Assembly: GCA_035697925.1 (NCBI GenBank)
Contig: DASSCG010000354.1
Coordinates: forward strand, 1 to 24,892
Length of the DNA: 24,892 bases
Direction of reading: 5' to 3'
Origin: Pyrinomonadaceae bacterium
Lineage (GTDB): Bacteria > Acidobacteriota > Blastocatellia > Pyrinomonadales > Pyrinomonadaceae
How positions within the stretch are numbered: position 1 is the stretch's first letter; each line of letters begins with the position of its first letter. Shown piece by piece: positions 1 through 8,121 of the stretch. The notes beneath the pieces are model-generated. The model was not told where the DNA came from. It saw only the letters and a list, made by a program, of their open reading frames with translations, and made no database searches. The position numbers were made by a program, and so were the translations under genes.

Positions 1-857
1 AAGGTTGGACCTGACAGTCCCTCGTCGTAAGGTTGTAAACGTAGATGTACACCAGCCATGGGTATCCCGGTGACGGCAATTGTGCCCGTCACTTTGTAGG
101 TAGCCCGTTCAGCCAGGGTGACGTTGATGTTATTAACTTCGCGACCGGGTCCGACTTGAATCAGCGTAGCGGTTGAGTAACTTGAACCGCCGCCGTAATA
201 GTAAGGGGTGAGTGATTTATTCCCCGTCGTCTGCATAGTTCCACCGTCGCGTTCCTCGATCACAAGACTTTGCTCGATCACACCAATGACGTATTCGCCT
301 TGCGGTAGCGGATAGATGCGGTAAATGGCGCGATCGTCGGTTTGTGCTCCGGCAGAAACAATAGCCGCGCGTTCCCATCTTTTTCCACTCTTTCTAAAGA
401 CGTTGATTTGAGCACCTATAGCGGGCTCGCCATCAGGATAAGTGATTTTGCCTGTAATAGCGCCGCTGCGCTCCGTGCGGATCTTCACCTCAACACTCGA
501 CGTGCCGTCAACGTCCACAATGACCGCGTTAGTTTGATCATAGCCAGCGCCACCATTAGTGAAGCCTGGAAAACCAACGTACACGCGATACTGACCGGCC
601 GTCACATTCTTGAACCTAAACTCGCCTCTACTATCTGTGACACCCAGACGCGACACTCTTGGTAGATCCTCGGAAAACATCTGCACTGCCGCGCGTCGCA
701 CTGGTCGTTCAGTATCTTGGTAGATGGCTCGCACGCTGACAGTGGAACTGCTGAGTGCGTCATTGGTTTGCGCCATCACGCCGGTCGAAAACGGTGCGAT
801 CAGAGCAAACAAACCGGTTGACGATATTGTGAGGAAAATGCCTTTTGCTATTTTCAT
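1..857 (-). CDS. Secreted carboxypeptidase regulatory-like (prealbumin-like/Cna-B fold) domain protein, 3'-truncated by the window edge
   Basis: Not in the ORF track because there is no stop codon in the window. Hand translation from ATG 857 (AGGAG 7 nt upstream) is open to position 1: MKIAKGIFLTISSTGLFALIAPFSTGVMAQ (signal-peptide-like), ...GVTDSRGEFRFKNVTAGQYRV..., ...GAITGKITYPDGEPAIGAQINV..., ...TDDRAIYRIYPLPQGEYVI...PYYYGGG...YKVTGTI. The repeated TD.RG.FRF..L..G.Y pattern is typical of tandem CarboxypepD_reg-like domains. Confidence 0.8.
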   Translation of the reverse strand, partial: MKIAKGIFLTISSTGLFALIAPFSTGVMAQTNDALSSSTVSVRAIYQDTERPVRRAAVQMFSEDLPRVSRLGVTDSRGEFRFKNVTAGQYRVYVGFPGFTNGGAGYDQTNAVIVDVDGTSSVEVKIRTERSGAITGKITYPDGEPAIGAQINVFRKSGKRWERAAIVSAGAQTDDRAIYRIYPLPQGEYVIGVIEQSLVIEERDGGTMQTTGNKSLTPYYYGGGSSYSTATLIQVGPGREVNNINVTLAERATYKVTGTIAVTGIPMAGVHLRLQPYDEGLSGPT

Positions 858-1069
858 AAAACTACTCCTGATTGAGGAATTTACAGTGTGGGCCATTCGC
901 GGCGAACTTCCGCTGAGGTCGACGTGAAGACTCGTGAAATGTGGATGAACCTAACGCCTGCACGCATAGCCTGTCAACGGATTTACCGCTAGAAGGAACA
1001 TTAAAAGTCCCGTCTTGCAATCACGCAGACTCGCCGAATCATCCCTATTTCATGCAGTTAACAAACGCG

Positions 1070-1078
1070 TGCTAAACT
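1070..1078 (+). promoter_or_regulatory. Putative extended -10 promoter element for alaS (TGcTAAACT)
   Basis: TG-N-TAnnnT match about 70 nt upstream of the alaS ATG. The identical 9-mer recurs at 21652-21660. Confidence 0.45.
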
Positions 1079-1091
1079 CAACTTTTGTGAC

Positions 1092-1137
1092 TGGTCAGCG
1101 ATTAGTCGGCGTAAGCGACTGACCACTGGCAACGGAC
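1092..1137. repeat. Degenerate copy of the ACTGACC heptamer inverted-repeat family in the alaS leader
   Basis: TGGTCAG (1092-1098) and CTGACCA (1119-1125) are inverted. They are followed by degenerate units ACTGACC-ACTGGCA-ACGGACT, the same unit as at 21540-21645. Confidence 0.4.
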
Positions 1138-1145
1138 TAAAAATT

Positions 1146-3881
1146 ATGACTGGAAACGAACTTCGAGAGACATTTTTGGCTTACTTCGAGAGGCGCGGGC
1201 ACACACGCGTGCGCTCGTCGCCGTTGTTGCCTGCAAACGATCCGACGCTCTTGTTTACCAACGCCGGCATGAATCAGTTCAAGGACGTCTTTCTAGGCCT
1301 CGAGAAGCGTGAATACGTACGGGCCGTCTCGTCACAAAAATGCGTGCGCGCAGGCGGCAAGCATAACGATCTTGATGAGGTAGGAAAGACTGCACGGCAC
1401 CAAACCTTTTTTGAGATGCTTGGCAATTTCTCGTTTGGCGATTATTTCAAGCGCGACGCGATCGTGTATGCCTGGGATTTCCTTACCGGCAGCGTTGAAG
1501 ATGGCAAGCTGGGCCTGGATCCAGAGCGTCTTTGGTTCACGGTTTTCGGCGGCGATGAGGAAGTATCTGCTGACGAAGACGCGGAAAACTTTTGGGAACA
1601 GGTTGGAGCTCCTCGCGAAAGAATCTTGCGTTTCGACCGTAAGGACAACTTCTGGCAAATGGGCGACACGGGCCCGTGCGGGCCTTGCAGTGAGATTCAT
1701 TACTACATGGGCCGCGATCCCGGAGACGCTGAGAACTGCGCCGCGAGCGTCAACGGCCCAGGCGACACGATCACCGAGATCTGGAATCTGGTCTTCATGC
1801 AGTTTGATCGCAGCGAGATCGAACCTGGGAAATACTCTCTGACACCTCTTCCTGCTCCGTCCGTTGATACGGGGATGGGCCTTGAGCGTCTCGCGGTCGT
1901 CCTGCAAGGCGTTAAGACGAACTACGAAACTGATCTGCTCAAGCCCATTGTTGAGTTCACCGCGGACCTCGCTGGGCGCAAGTACGAAGCTGAAACCCAG
2001 GAAGGTTTTGCAATGCGTGTTATCGCGGATCACGCGCGCTCAACCGCTTTCTTGATTGCCGACGGAATCTTGCCCGGCAATGAAGGCCGCAACTACGTGC
2101 TGCGAAAAATCATGCGGCGCGCTATTTACCAGGGTCGTCACACGCTGACTTTTAAAGATTCGTTCTTTCATAAGGTGACGAACTTCGTGGTGGATCTGAT
2201 GCACGAGCCTTATCCGGAACTAGCGGTACAACGGGAGTTCATCGAGAAGATGGTGAGGCTTGAAGAGGAGCGGTTTGCCGCGACGATGACTGTCGGATTG
2301 CAAAAGCTGGACGACCTTTTCCGGAATACAGCCCAGAATCAATCACCGGCCTATACTGACTTGGCCCGGCTCTACGATACGTTCGGCACCCCACGCGATT
2401 TGATTCGTGTCAGTTTGGAAGAACATGGAGTTGAGCTTGAGGAAGAACAGTTCAACAAATCTTTTGATGCTGCTTTACAAACATTGCAACAGACAGGTGT
2501 GACGGACAAGGTCGAGGGAAAAGCTAAAACGAGCCCGGTTTATGCAGGTATTGTTAGTCGCACTGAGCGGTCGCAATTTAAGGGTTACGAAGCTACCCGC
2601 GTGGACCATGCCAGAGTCGTTAGTGTGATTAAGGATGGCCATGAGGTTCAACAGTTGAAGGAAGGGGATGAGGCCGAGGTAGTTCTTAATCAAACTCCGT
2701 TTTACGCTGAGAGTGGTGGGCAAGTTGGCGATGTCGGAAGACTAAGCAGTCAAGCCGCTAAGGCAGGCAGTCCTGACGTCATTGCGTCAGTTCTCGATAC
2801 TTATTCTCCGTCACAGGGGTTGATTGTTCACAAGGTGAAACTAGAAACAGGGACTCTCACTGTGGGTGATCCTGTTTCGGCAGAAGTCGATGTTGTGAAG
2901 CGTGACGCTACGCGCCGTAACCACACTGCTACTCACCTGATGCACGCCGCTCTCCGTGAAGTCCTGGGGACTCATGTCAAACAATCGGGCTCCGTGGTCG
3001 CGCCGTCTTATCTGCGCTTTGACTTCACTCATTATCAGCCGTTAACGTTGCGTGAAATTGCGGAGATTGAAGACCTGGTCAATTATCACATCCTTCGTAA
3101 CGAGCCAGTGGAAACGAATGAAATGGCTGTTGAGGATGCTATGCGTTCCGGTGCGATGGCGCTATTCGGAGAGAAGTACGGTGAGAAAGTTCGTGTGCTC
3201 TCGATTAAGGGCGCGGAAGACATTTTCTCCAAGGAGCTGTGCGGCGGTACACATGTCCGAGCTACTGGCGACATTGGCCTGTTTAAGATCGTCAGCGACG
3301 AATCTATCGCATCCGGAATTCGTCGTATACGGGCGATCACAGGCGTTGAAGCTTTTGCGCGATTCCGGGAGGCGGAGGCGATCGTTGACAGGATGGCCAG
3401 CGGTTTGCGCACCTCACGAACCGAGCTTCCGGTCCAGGTGGAGCGCTTACAAGAAGAGTTGAAGAAGGCACGACGTGAAGCTGATGACCTGCGCATGAAA
3501 ATCGCCACCGGCGCAGCAGCAGCTCCTTCGAATGGCGACGAGTCGCGCGATGTATCAGGTGTGCGAGTCGTCGCGCGCGAGGCCAGCGGACTCGACGCAG
3601 CAGAGATGCGCCAACTTTCGGACACGCTACTGGCGCGTATTAAGTCAGGGGTGGTTGTGCTGGGCCGTGCAGCAGAGGGTAAGGCTTCTTTGATTGTAAG
3701 GACCTCAGCGGACATCTCAAAGCGTGTCCCTGCGGGACAGGTGATAAAGGAACTTGCACCCATCGTCGGTGGAAAGGGAGGGGGAAAACCTGACATGGCG
3801 GAGGGTGGTGGAAATCAACCGGAGAAACTCGCGGAGGCTCTAGAAACCAGCTATAAAGTTGTTGAGCGCTTGCTCGCATAA
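1146..3881 (+). CDS. alaS: Alanine--tRNA ligase
   Basis: 911 aa. N-terminal DPTLLFTNAGMNQFK, QKCVRAGGKHNDL, HQTFFEMLGNFSFGDYFK and DTGMGLERL; editing domain NHTATHL...ELCGGTHV; C-Ala/DHHA1 end GGKGGGKPDMAEGGG. Confidence 0.99.
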   Translation: MTGNELRETFLAYFERRGHTRVRSSPLLPANDPTLLFTNAGMNQFKDVFLGLEKREYVRAVSSQKCVRAGGKHNDLDEVGKTARHQTFFEMLGNFSFGDYFKRDAIVYAWDFLTGSVEDGKLGLDPERLWFTVFGGDEEVSADEDAENFWEQVGAPRERILRFDRKDNFWQMGDTGPCGPCSEIHYYMGRDPGDAENCAASVNGPGDTITEIWNLVFMQFDRSEIEPGKYSLTPLPAPSVDTGMGLERLAVVLQGVKTNYETDLLKPIVEFTADLAGRKYEAETQEGFAMRVIADHARSTAFLIADGILPGNEGRNYVLRKIMRRAIYQGRHTLTFKDSFFHKVTNFVVDLMHEPYPELAVQREFIEKMVRLEEERFAATMTVGLQKLDDLFRNTAQNQSPAYTDLARLYDTFGTPRDLIRVSLEEHGVELEEEQFNKSFDAALQTLQQTGVTDKVEGKAKTSPVYAGIVSRTERSQFKGYEATRVDHARVVSVIKDGHEVQQLKEGDEAEVVLNQTPFYAESGGQVGDVGRLSSQAAKAGSPDVIASVLDTYSPSQGLIVHKVKLETGTLTVGDPVSAEVDVVKRDATRRNHTATHLMHAALREVLGTHVKQSGSVVAPSYLRFDFTHYQPLTLREIAEIEDLVNYHILRNEPVETNEMAVEDAMRSGAMALFGEKYGEKVRVLSIKGAEDIFSKELCGGTHVRATGDIGLFKIVSDESIASGIRRIRAITGVEAFARFREAEAIVDRMASGLRTSRTELPVQVERLQEELKKARREADDLRMKIATGAAAAPSNGDESRDVSGVRVVAREASGLDAAEMRQLSDTLLARIKSGVVVLGRAAEGKASLIVRTSADISKRVPAGQVIKELAPIVGGKGGGKPDMAEGGGNQPEKLAEALETSYKVVERLLA

Positions 3882-3904
3882 TTAACGCGAAAAATGCAGT
3901 TAGA

Positions 3905-3942
3905 AAAAGCGCGAGTGTGTGATCCCGCACACTCGCGCTTTT
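3905..3942. terminator. Bidirectional Rho-independent terminator between alaS and the PG-binding gene
   Basis: Perfect 15-bp inverted repeat AAAAGCGCGAGTGTG / CACACTCGCGCTTTT with an 8-nt loop, A-run on the left and T-rich on the right, between convergent genes. Confidence 0.85.
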
Positions 3943-3972
3943 GTTTAGTTGGCCGACATCGAAGGGATTGAG

Positions 3973-4323
3973 TTACATGGCCTTCTGCTTGTCGGTCAGC
4001 TCAATCGACATCTTTTCGAGGGTAGATTTGTTCAGAGTGCCCGTGACCTTTAGACCCTCGGCTTTCTGATATTCTTTGAGTCCTGCCCGCGTGGCGTCGT
4101 CAAGTTTCCCAGTGGTGGTTCCGCTGTAAAAGCCGCGACCCTTGAGAATGGCCTGGGCTTGGTTTACCTGGTCCTTATTAGCGCGGAAGACCGGGCCGCG
4201 TTTCCGGCTGCTGGCGGACTTAGCAGCTGTTCTTGAGGAAGTGGAGGAGTCTTGCGCTGATGCTGCAATTGAGTAGGCGAACAGGAAAGACAGTGAGAGG
4301 GTGAGAGTGAGTAGTCTCTTCAT
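3973..4323 (-). CDS. Secreted peptidoglycan-binding domain protein (PG_binding_1)
   Basis: 116 aa. Signal peptide MKRLLTLTLSLSFLFAYSIAASA, a Ser/Lys-rich linker, then QVNQAQAILKGRGFYSGTTTGKLDDATRAGLKEYQKAEGLKVTG, the typical three-helix PG-binding pattern. AAAGGA precedes the ATG. Confidence 0.9.
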   Translation of the reverse strand: MKRLLTLTLSLSFLFAYSIAASAQDSSTSSRTAAKSASSRKRGPVFRANKDQVNQAQAILKGRGFYSGTTTGKLDDATRAGLKEYQKAEGLKVTGTLNKSTLEKMSIELTDKQKAM

Positions 4324-4657
4324 TTTTTTGTTCCTTTGTGTGAGGCGCGCAGAGCGCGCGGGTTAAAAGAAAGTGAGGTCTTTCGAAAAACGTCGGTATC
4401 ATACTACCGGTGTCAATAGCGCTTTTTTAAGCTCTGCCCGCAAAGTCCTGCGCCACTGCCACCAGCTATATACGAGGTGCCTGCGGACTGTCTCCAGGCT
4501 TGGCTATGACCCCCGTCGGACATGTCATTCCCAGAGAATTCCTATCCCTGTCGGCCAGCTCCGACTGTTACCTTCCGAACCAACCGATGTGAAAACCCCC
4601 GTCAAAACCATCATGCCCAGCAAGTCGCAACAATGTTGGCATATGTTCAACCCATTA

Positions 4658-4666
4658 TGTTAGTAT
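4658..4666 (+). promoter_or_regulatory. Putative extended -10 element for the lytic transglycosylase gene (TGtTAGTAT)
   Basis: TG-N-TAnnnT match about 120 nt upstream of ATG 4785. Confidence 0.35.
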
Positions 4667-4784
4667 CCCTTTGGCTCCAGTCGACCGAAATCGTCGGTCG
4701 ATTTTGAAAGCTCCCCATTTCCCACCAAGTACATCGGCCAAAGGTCCAAGGGAATTTCGGTCGATCAAGTAACAGGATTCAAAC

Positions 4785-5594
4785 ATGAAAACGTTCCCCT
4801 TCGCCGCCCTTATACTGCTCGGCTGTGCTGTTGTGACATCCGCGCAGACTGCGCAAACGGACGTTGGATATAAAGTCGACAACTTCGATTTCGCTAATGG
4901 CGTTCGCGTCGAGCCTCCACCGGCTCCCCCAGTTGCTTCGAAGAAGAACGGACGAGTTCGCAAACTCACAAAATACAACAGCCTGAACTACTCACACTCT
5001 GAAGCCCCGCTTACACGCTTAACGAACATGAACGTGGGTACGTCTCTGGAGGGATTTACAACGGGAAACTCTGCCGTAGACACTTTCATTATTGAGTCTG
5101 GCACTCGCAATTCCGTTGACCCGGTATTGCTTTATGCAATCATGCATCAGGAATCCACCTTCAAACCCGGAGCTGTTTCTCCTAAGGGCGCTCGAGGCTT
5201 AATGCAATTAATGCCCCCGACCGCACGAAGATTTGGCGTAACCAACATCTTCGACCCTCGCCAAAACATAGAGGGCGGTGCCCGATACATGCGGTTCCTT
5301 TTAGACCTCTTCAAAGACGTTGATCTTGCACTTGCGGGCTACAATGCCGGCGAAGGTGCAGTCATGAAATATGGTTTCCGTGTCCCTCCTTACAGGGAAA
5401 CTCAGGAATATGTCAGAAGGATCAGCAGACGATATAATCTGATCCGTGATCCCGTCGCCGCGCGCTCGGAGAACCTGACTGAGGCGCAGCTGAACAACTC
5501 ACGTCAGAAGGGATCCCTCCCCTTATCCATCTATGAACAGAATGTATTTGCTGTGCAGACGCCGGACGGCCGTCGCCAACTAGTAAGCCAATAG
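4785..5594 (+). CDS. Secreted lytic transglycosylase (SLT domain, GH23-like)
   Basis: 269 aa with a signal peptide. Catalytic Glu in AIMHQESTF, plus motifs GARGLMQLMP, NIEGGARY and ALAGYNAGEG. Confidence 0.93.
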   Translation: MKTFPFAALILLGCAVVTSAQTAQTDVGYKVDNFDFANGVRVEPPPAPPVASKKNGRVRKLTKYNSLNYSHSEAPLTRLTNMNVGTSLEGFTTGNSAVDTFIIESGTRNSVDPVLLYAIMHQESTFKPGAVSPKGARGLMQLMPPTARRFGVTNIFDPRQNIEGGARYMRFLLDLFKDVDLALAGYNAGEGAVMKYGFRVPPYRETQEYVRRISRRYNLIRDPVAARSENLTEAQLNNSRQKGSLPLSIYEQNVFAVQTPDGRRQLVSQ

Positions 5595-5615
5595 GCTTTC
5601 AGCCAGTTAGGTCCC

Positions 5616-5659
5616 AAACGAGGCGGAACCTTTGTATGGTTTCGCCTCGTTTTGTATTT
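5616..5659 (+). terminator. Rho-independent terminator after the SLT gene
   Basis: 15-bp stem with one G-U, AAACGAGGCGGAACC / GGTTTCGCCTCGTTT, 7-nt loop, followed by TGTATTT. Confidence 0.75.
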
Positions 5660-5733
5660 CGAGGCCGAGTTTCTTTCGGTATGATGGCGCTACAGGTTTG
5701 GAGAGTCGCCAAAGCAGTGAGGTGGAGAAGGAG

Positions 5734-6321
5734 ATGCACTGTTCCAACTGCGGGTCTTACGTTGCACCAGGAGTGCGTTTTTGCTCGGGCTGCGGCGCCC
5801 CGGCAGTAGATCCCGAGGCTACGCGCCTGGCACGTACCCAAAGCGGCCTTCCGGCGCGACAGGCAGCCGAATTAGCGGAGCTTGAGCACACGATTTTCAC
5901 CGTCAAGCCGACGATGATTTTCATTAAGCTTGGGTACGGGCTGGCTGTGATCGGCGCGGTAGTTCTGGTGTTTCTACTCGCTCTTATTGAAGTGCCTGCG
6001 TACATCTCGATTCCTCTCGCTCTGGCCCTGTTGCTTATTCCGGCCTATTTCCATATTAGAAGAAACCTTATTCGCTATACACTCACTGATTCAAAGATCG
6101 AAATCGACACCGGCCTAATAGCCCGTACGACCCGGAATATCCCGCTCAGCAAAGTCCAGGACGTGACTGTGTCTGCGAGTATCCCTCAACGAATCCTCGG
6201 CTTTGGCGATTTGATTGTCGACAATGCCAGCGAAACGGGTGGCACTACGGTGTTGCACAACATTAGTAAACCTCGACACTACGCTGAGCTGCTTTTGCGT
6301 GAGCTGCGTCGGTGGCATTAA
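5734..6321 (+). CDS. Zinc-ribbon + transmembrane + bacterial PH (bPH_2/YdbS-like) domain protein
   Basis: Start moved from the ORF-track 5632, which lies inside the terminator, to ATG 5734 (AAGGAG immediately upstream). MHCSNCG...FCSGCG forms two CxxC motifs, followed by two hydrophobic helices and YTLTDSKIEIDTGLIARTTRNIPLSKVQDV...QRILGFGDLIV, a bPH_2 pattern. Confidence 0.85.
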   Translation: MHCSNCGSYVAPGVRFCSGCGAPAVDPEATRLARTQSGLPARQAAELAELEHTIFTVKPTMIFIKLGYGLAVIGAVVLVFLLALIEVPAYISIPLALALLLIPAYFHIRRNLIRYTLTDSKIEIDTGLIARTTRNIPLSKVQDVTVSASIPQRILGFGDLIVDNASETGGTTVLHNISKPRHYAELLLRELRRWH

Positions 6322-6435
6322 ACTACCCTTGTCCGTGTGGCAACATCTAATTCGATGGTTCTCCTGGAACAAGCAGAGTCGTGCCGGGTTCTAACAGAAG
6401 CCGTCTGACTTAGGAATCTAAGCGGGGTTAATGGT

Positions 6436-7644
6436 TTGCGCTTTTCGTCCTACAAGCAGCAGCTAGTACTCATAGTTATCCTGTTTCTAGCATGTAATTC
6501 TTCGGCCTTAGCTAAATCACCTGCCCCTGAACTGGTTGAGTTACTACCGAAGGAAATCGGTGGGTACCGCCTTGCCGGTAGCGTTCGAACCAGCGACGCG
6601 ATGTCCGAGGAAGGACTTCTCGGTCCGCAGGCAGCCGGTCAGTCATTGGAAGCCGATCGTCACTATTCCGCCGTTGAAGCCGACTATCGTTCTACTGACA
6701 ATTCGCTTCTTCGAGTGGTGCTTGTCCGATTTTCCCGCGATTCAGACGCGTACTCCCTCTTGACGCTTGCCGCCAGGGCCAGTCGAAATTCGGCGCAAGC
6801 TGATGAAGGCAGGCTCAGAAAAGATGTAGGTACGGCGTCGTTCCTTTTGCCAGGAAGCGTTGCCTTCTTCAAAGGCCCAACCTTTGTTCGAATCAATGCG
6901 GTCGATCCCACTGCTCAAGACAAAACCAGCTTCTTAACTTTAGCGCAGAGCATTTCGGAGCGACTCGCTAAAGGAGAAGATGATGTCCCTGTTCTCGTAA
7001 AGCATCTGCCTCAATGGGAAGAGGCACAGAGTCGTGTCATCTATTTGGCTGGCTTTCGTTCATTAAGAGCTGCCATTCCGAATCAACCGATCCTCGAGAC
7101 GGTAAGTTCAGAGGGGGATGCGGATGCGGTTGCTGCCGATTACGGCCGTGCGCAGTTTCTGATCGTTGAGTACAACACGCCTCAGTTGGCAGGAGATAAT
7201 GACCGAAGTGTTTTGTCGAAGATTGAAGAGTTTCGAACTCAGGGTCAGCCAATTCCTTCGGCTTACCGCCGCGTGGGGAATTACTCAGTTTTCGTTTTCA
7301 ACGCCGAGGATGAACAAACCGCCAAAACGCTTATTGACCAGGTCGAGTATGAACAAGTAGTTCAATGGCTAGGTGACAATCCTTACCTGCTTGAACAGGC
7401 TCAAAGGGAATACTATCAGACCACCGCGGGAGTCCTGCTCGCCGTCGTTAAAGCGTCAGGGCTTTCGCTCCTCTTGTGTTTAGCAGCTGGGGGGTTCATC
7501 GGCGCACTCCTATTCAACAGGAGGCGCGCGCAACAGCGTTATGCGGAAGCATTTTCAGATGCCGGCGGAATGCTCCGGCTTAATATTGATGACATAACGC
7601 CGCAGACTGATCCTGCAAAATTGGTAGGACCCGGAGATCGGTAG
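6436..7644 (+). CDS. Exported, C-terminally membrane-anchored hypothetical protein (DUF6599-like)
   Basis: 402 aa from a TTG start. It has an N-terminal hydrophobic signal, a C-terminal helix AGVLLAVVKASGLSLLLCLAAGGFIGALLF and a short tail. The family label is from pattern recall only, and the start codon is uncertain. Confidence 0.65.
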   Translation: MRFSSYKQQLVLIVILFLACNSSALAKSPAPELVELLPKEIGGYRLAGSVRTSDAMSEEGLLGPQAAGQSLEADRHYSAVEADYRSTDNSLLRVVLVRFSRDSDAYSLLTLAARASRNSAQADEGRLRKDVGTASFLLPGSVAFFKGPTFVRINAVDPTAQDKTSFLTLAQSISERLAKGEDDVPVLVKHLPQWEEAQSRVIYLAGFRSLRAAIPNQPILETVSSEGDADAVAADYGRAQFLIVEYNTPQLAGDNDRSVLSKIEEFRTQGQPIPSAYRRVGNYSVFVFNAEDEQTAKTLIDQVEYEQVVQWLGDNPYLLEQAQREYYQTTAGVLLAVVKASGLSLLLCLAAGGFIGALLFNRRRAQQRYAEAFSDAGGMLRLNIDDITPQTDPAKLVGPGDR

Positions 7645-7718
7645 AGAAGATAAGACTGAAATCCGCGAATGGTCGTAGAACTCTGGTTTCTAAAGAGCTT
7701 GAACCGCAAATAAAATGC

Positions 7719-7778
7719 GGGCTGCTGATCTACCTGGGAGGCTCCCCCAAGCCTCGTCAGGACGTCGATCAGCAGCCC
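7719..7778. other. Long nested hairpin in the gap between convergent genes
   Basis: 12-bp perfect outer stem GGGCTGCTGATC/GATCAGCAGCCC, inner stems CCTG/CAGG and GAGGCT/AGCCTC, loop CCCCCA. No U-tract on either side. Confidence 0.6.
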
Positions 7779-8121
7779 AGCAACTATTGCTCTTCGACTA
7801 TTGCCTGCGCTAACTCCGTTCCCCCGAAAGAGCCACCGCTTGCCTTTCAAATCGTGAGAGGATGCCTCCCCCAAAGCTTCCACTCACCACAGTCGTCGAG
7901 CATGACCCGATTTACCCTTATTACCCTTTTGTTCTGATTTTCTCTTTGGCAACGAGCGTGCCAACTTCGTCTGCATGCGTTCCCTAGGGCTATTTATTTG
8001 ATTTCTTAGGAAATTCGCAACGAAGTAGGTTTGGAAGTGGGGCTGGAATATCGCCCTGTCGTACATCTTCCATACAGAGCAATTAGGACACCGCTCGATT
8101 ATCACTCGCTAGGTGCTCTTT

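Noticed and set aside
361-420. Apparent frameshift in the first (minus-strand) gene at the A-rich run
   Set aside because: Recounting the frame from ATG 857 gives a continuous reading (...NVFRKSGKRWERAAIVSAG...). The gene is intact and only truncated by the window edge.
1332-3796. Long antisense ORFs 1332-2033 (233 aa) and 3086-3796 (236 aa), and similar shadow ORFs over dapF, the kinase and the DUF4388 gene
   Set aside because: They lie entirely opposite or within well-supported genes and have no motifs or RBS. This is expected from codon bias.
4398-4416. Sigma70 promoter TTGACA...TATGAT (minus strand) for the PG-binding gene
   Set aside because: The spacer is only 7 nt, so the two boxes cannot form one canonical promoter. 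TATGAT alone may still be a -10.
7735-7761. Hammerhead ribozyme core (CUGACGA followed by a stem on the minus strand)
   Set aside because: The stem is followed by UCCC instead of the required GAAA, and no stem III/cleavage triplet arrangement is evident.
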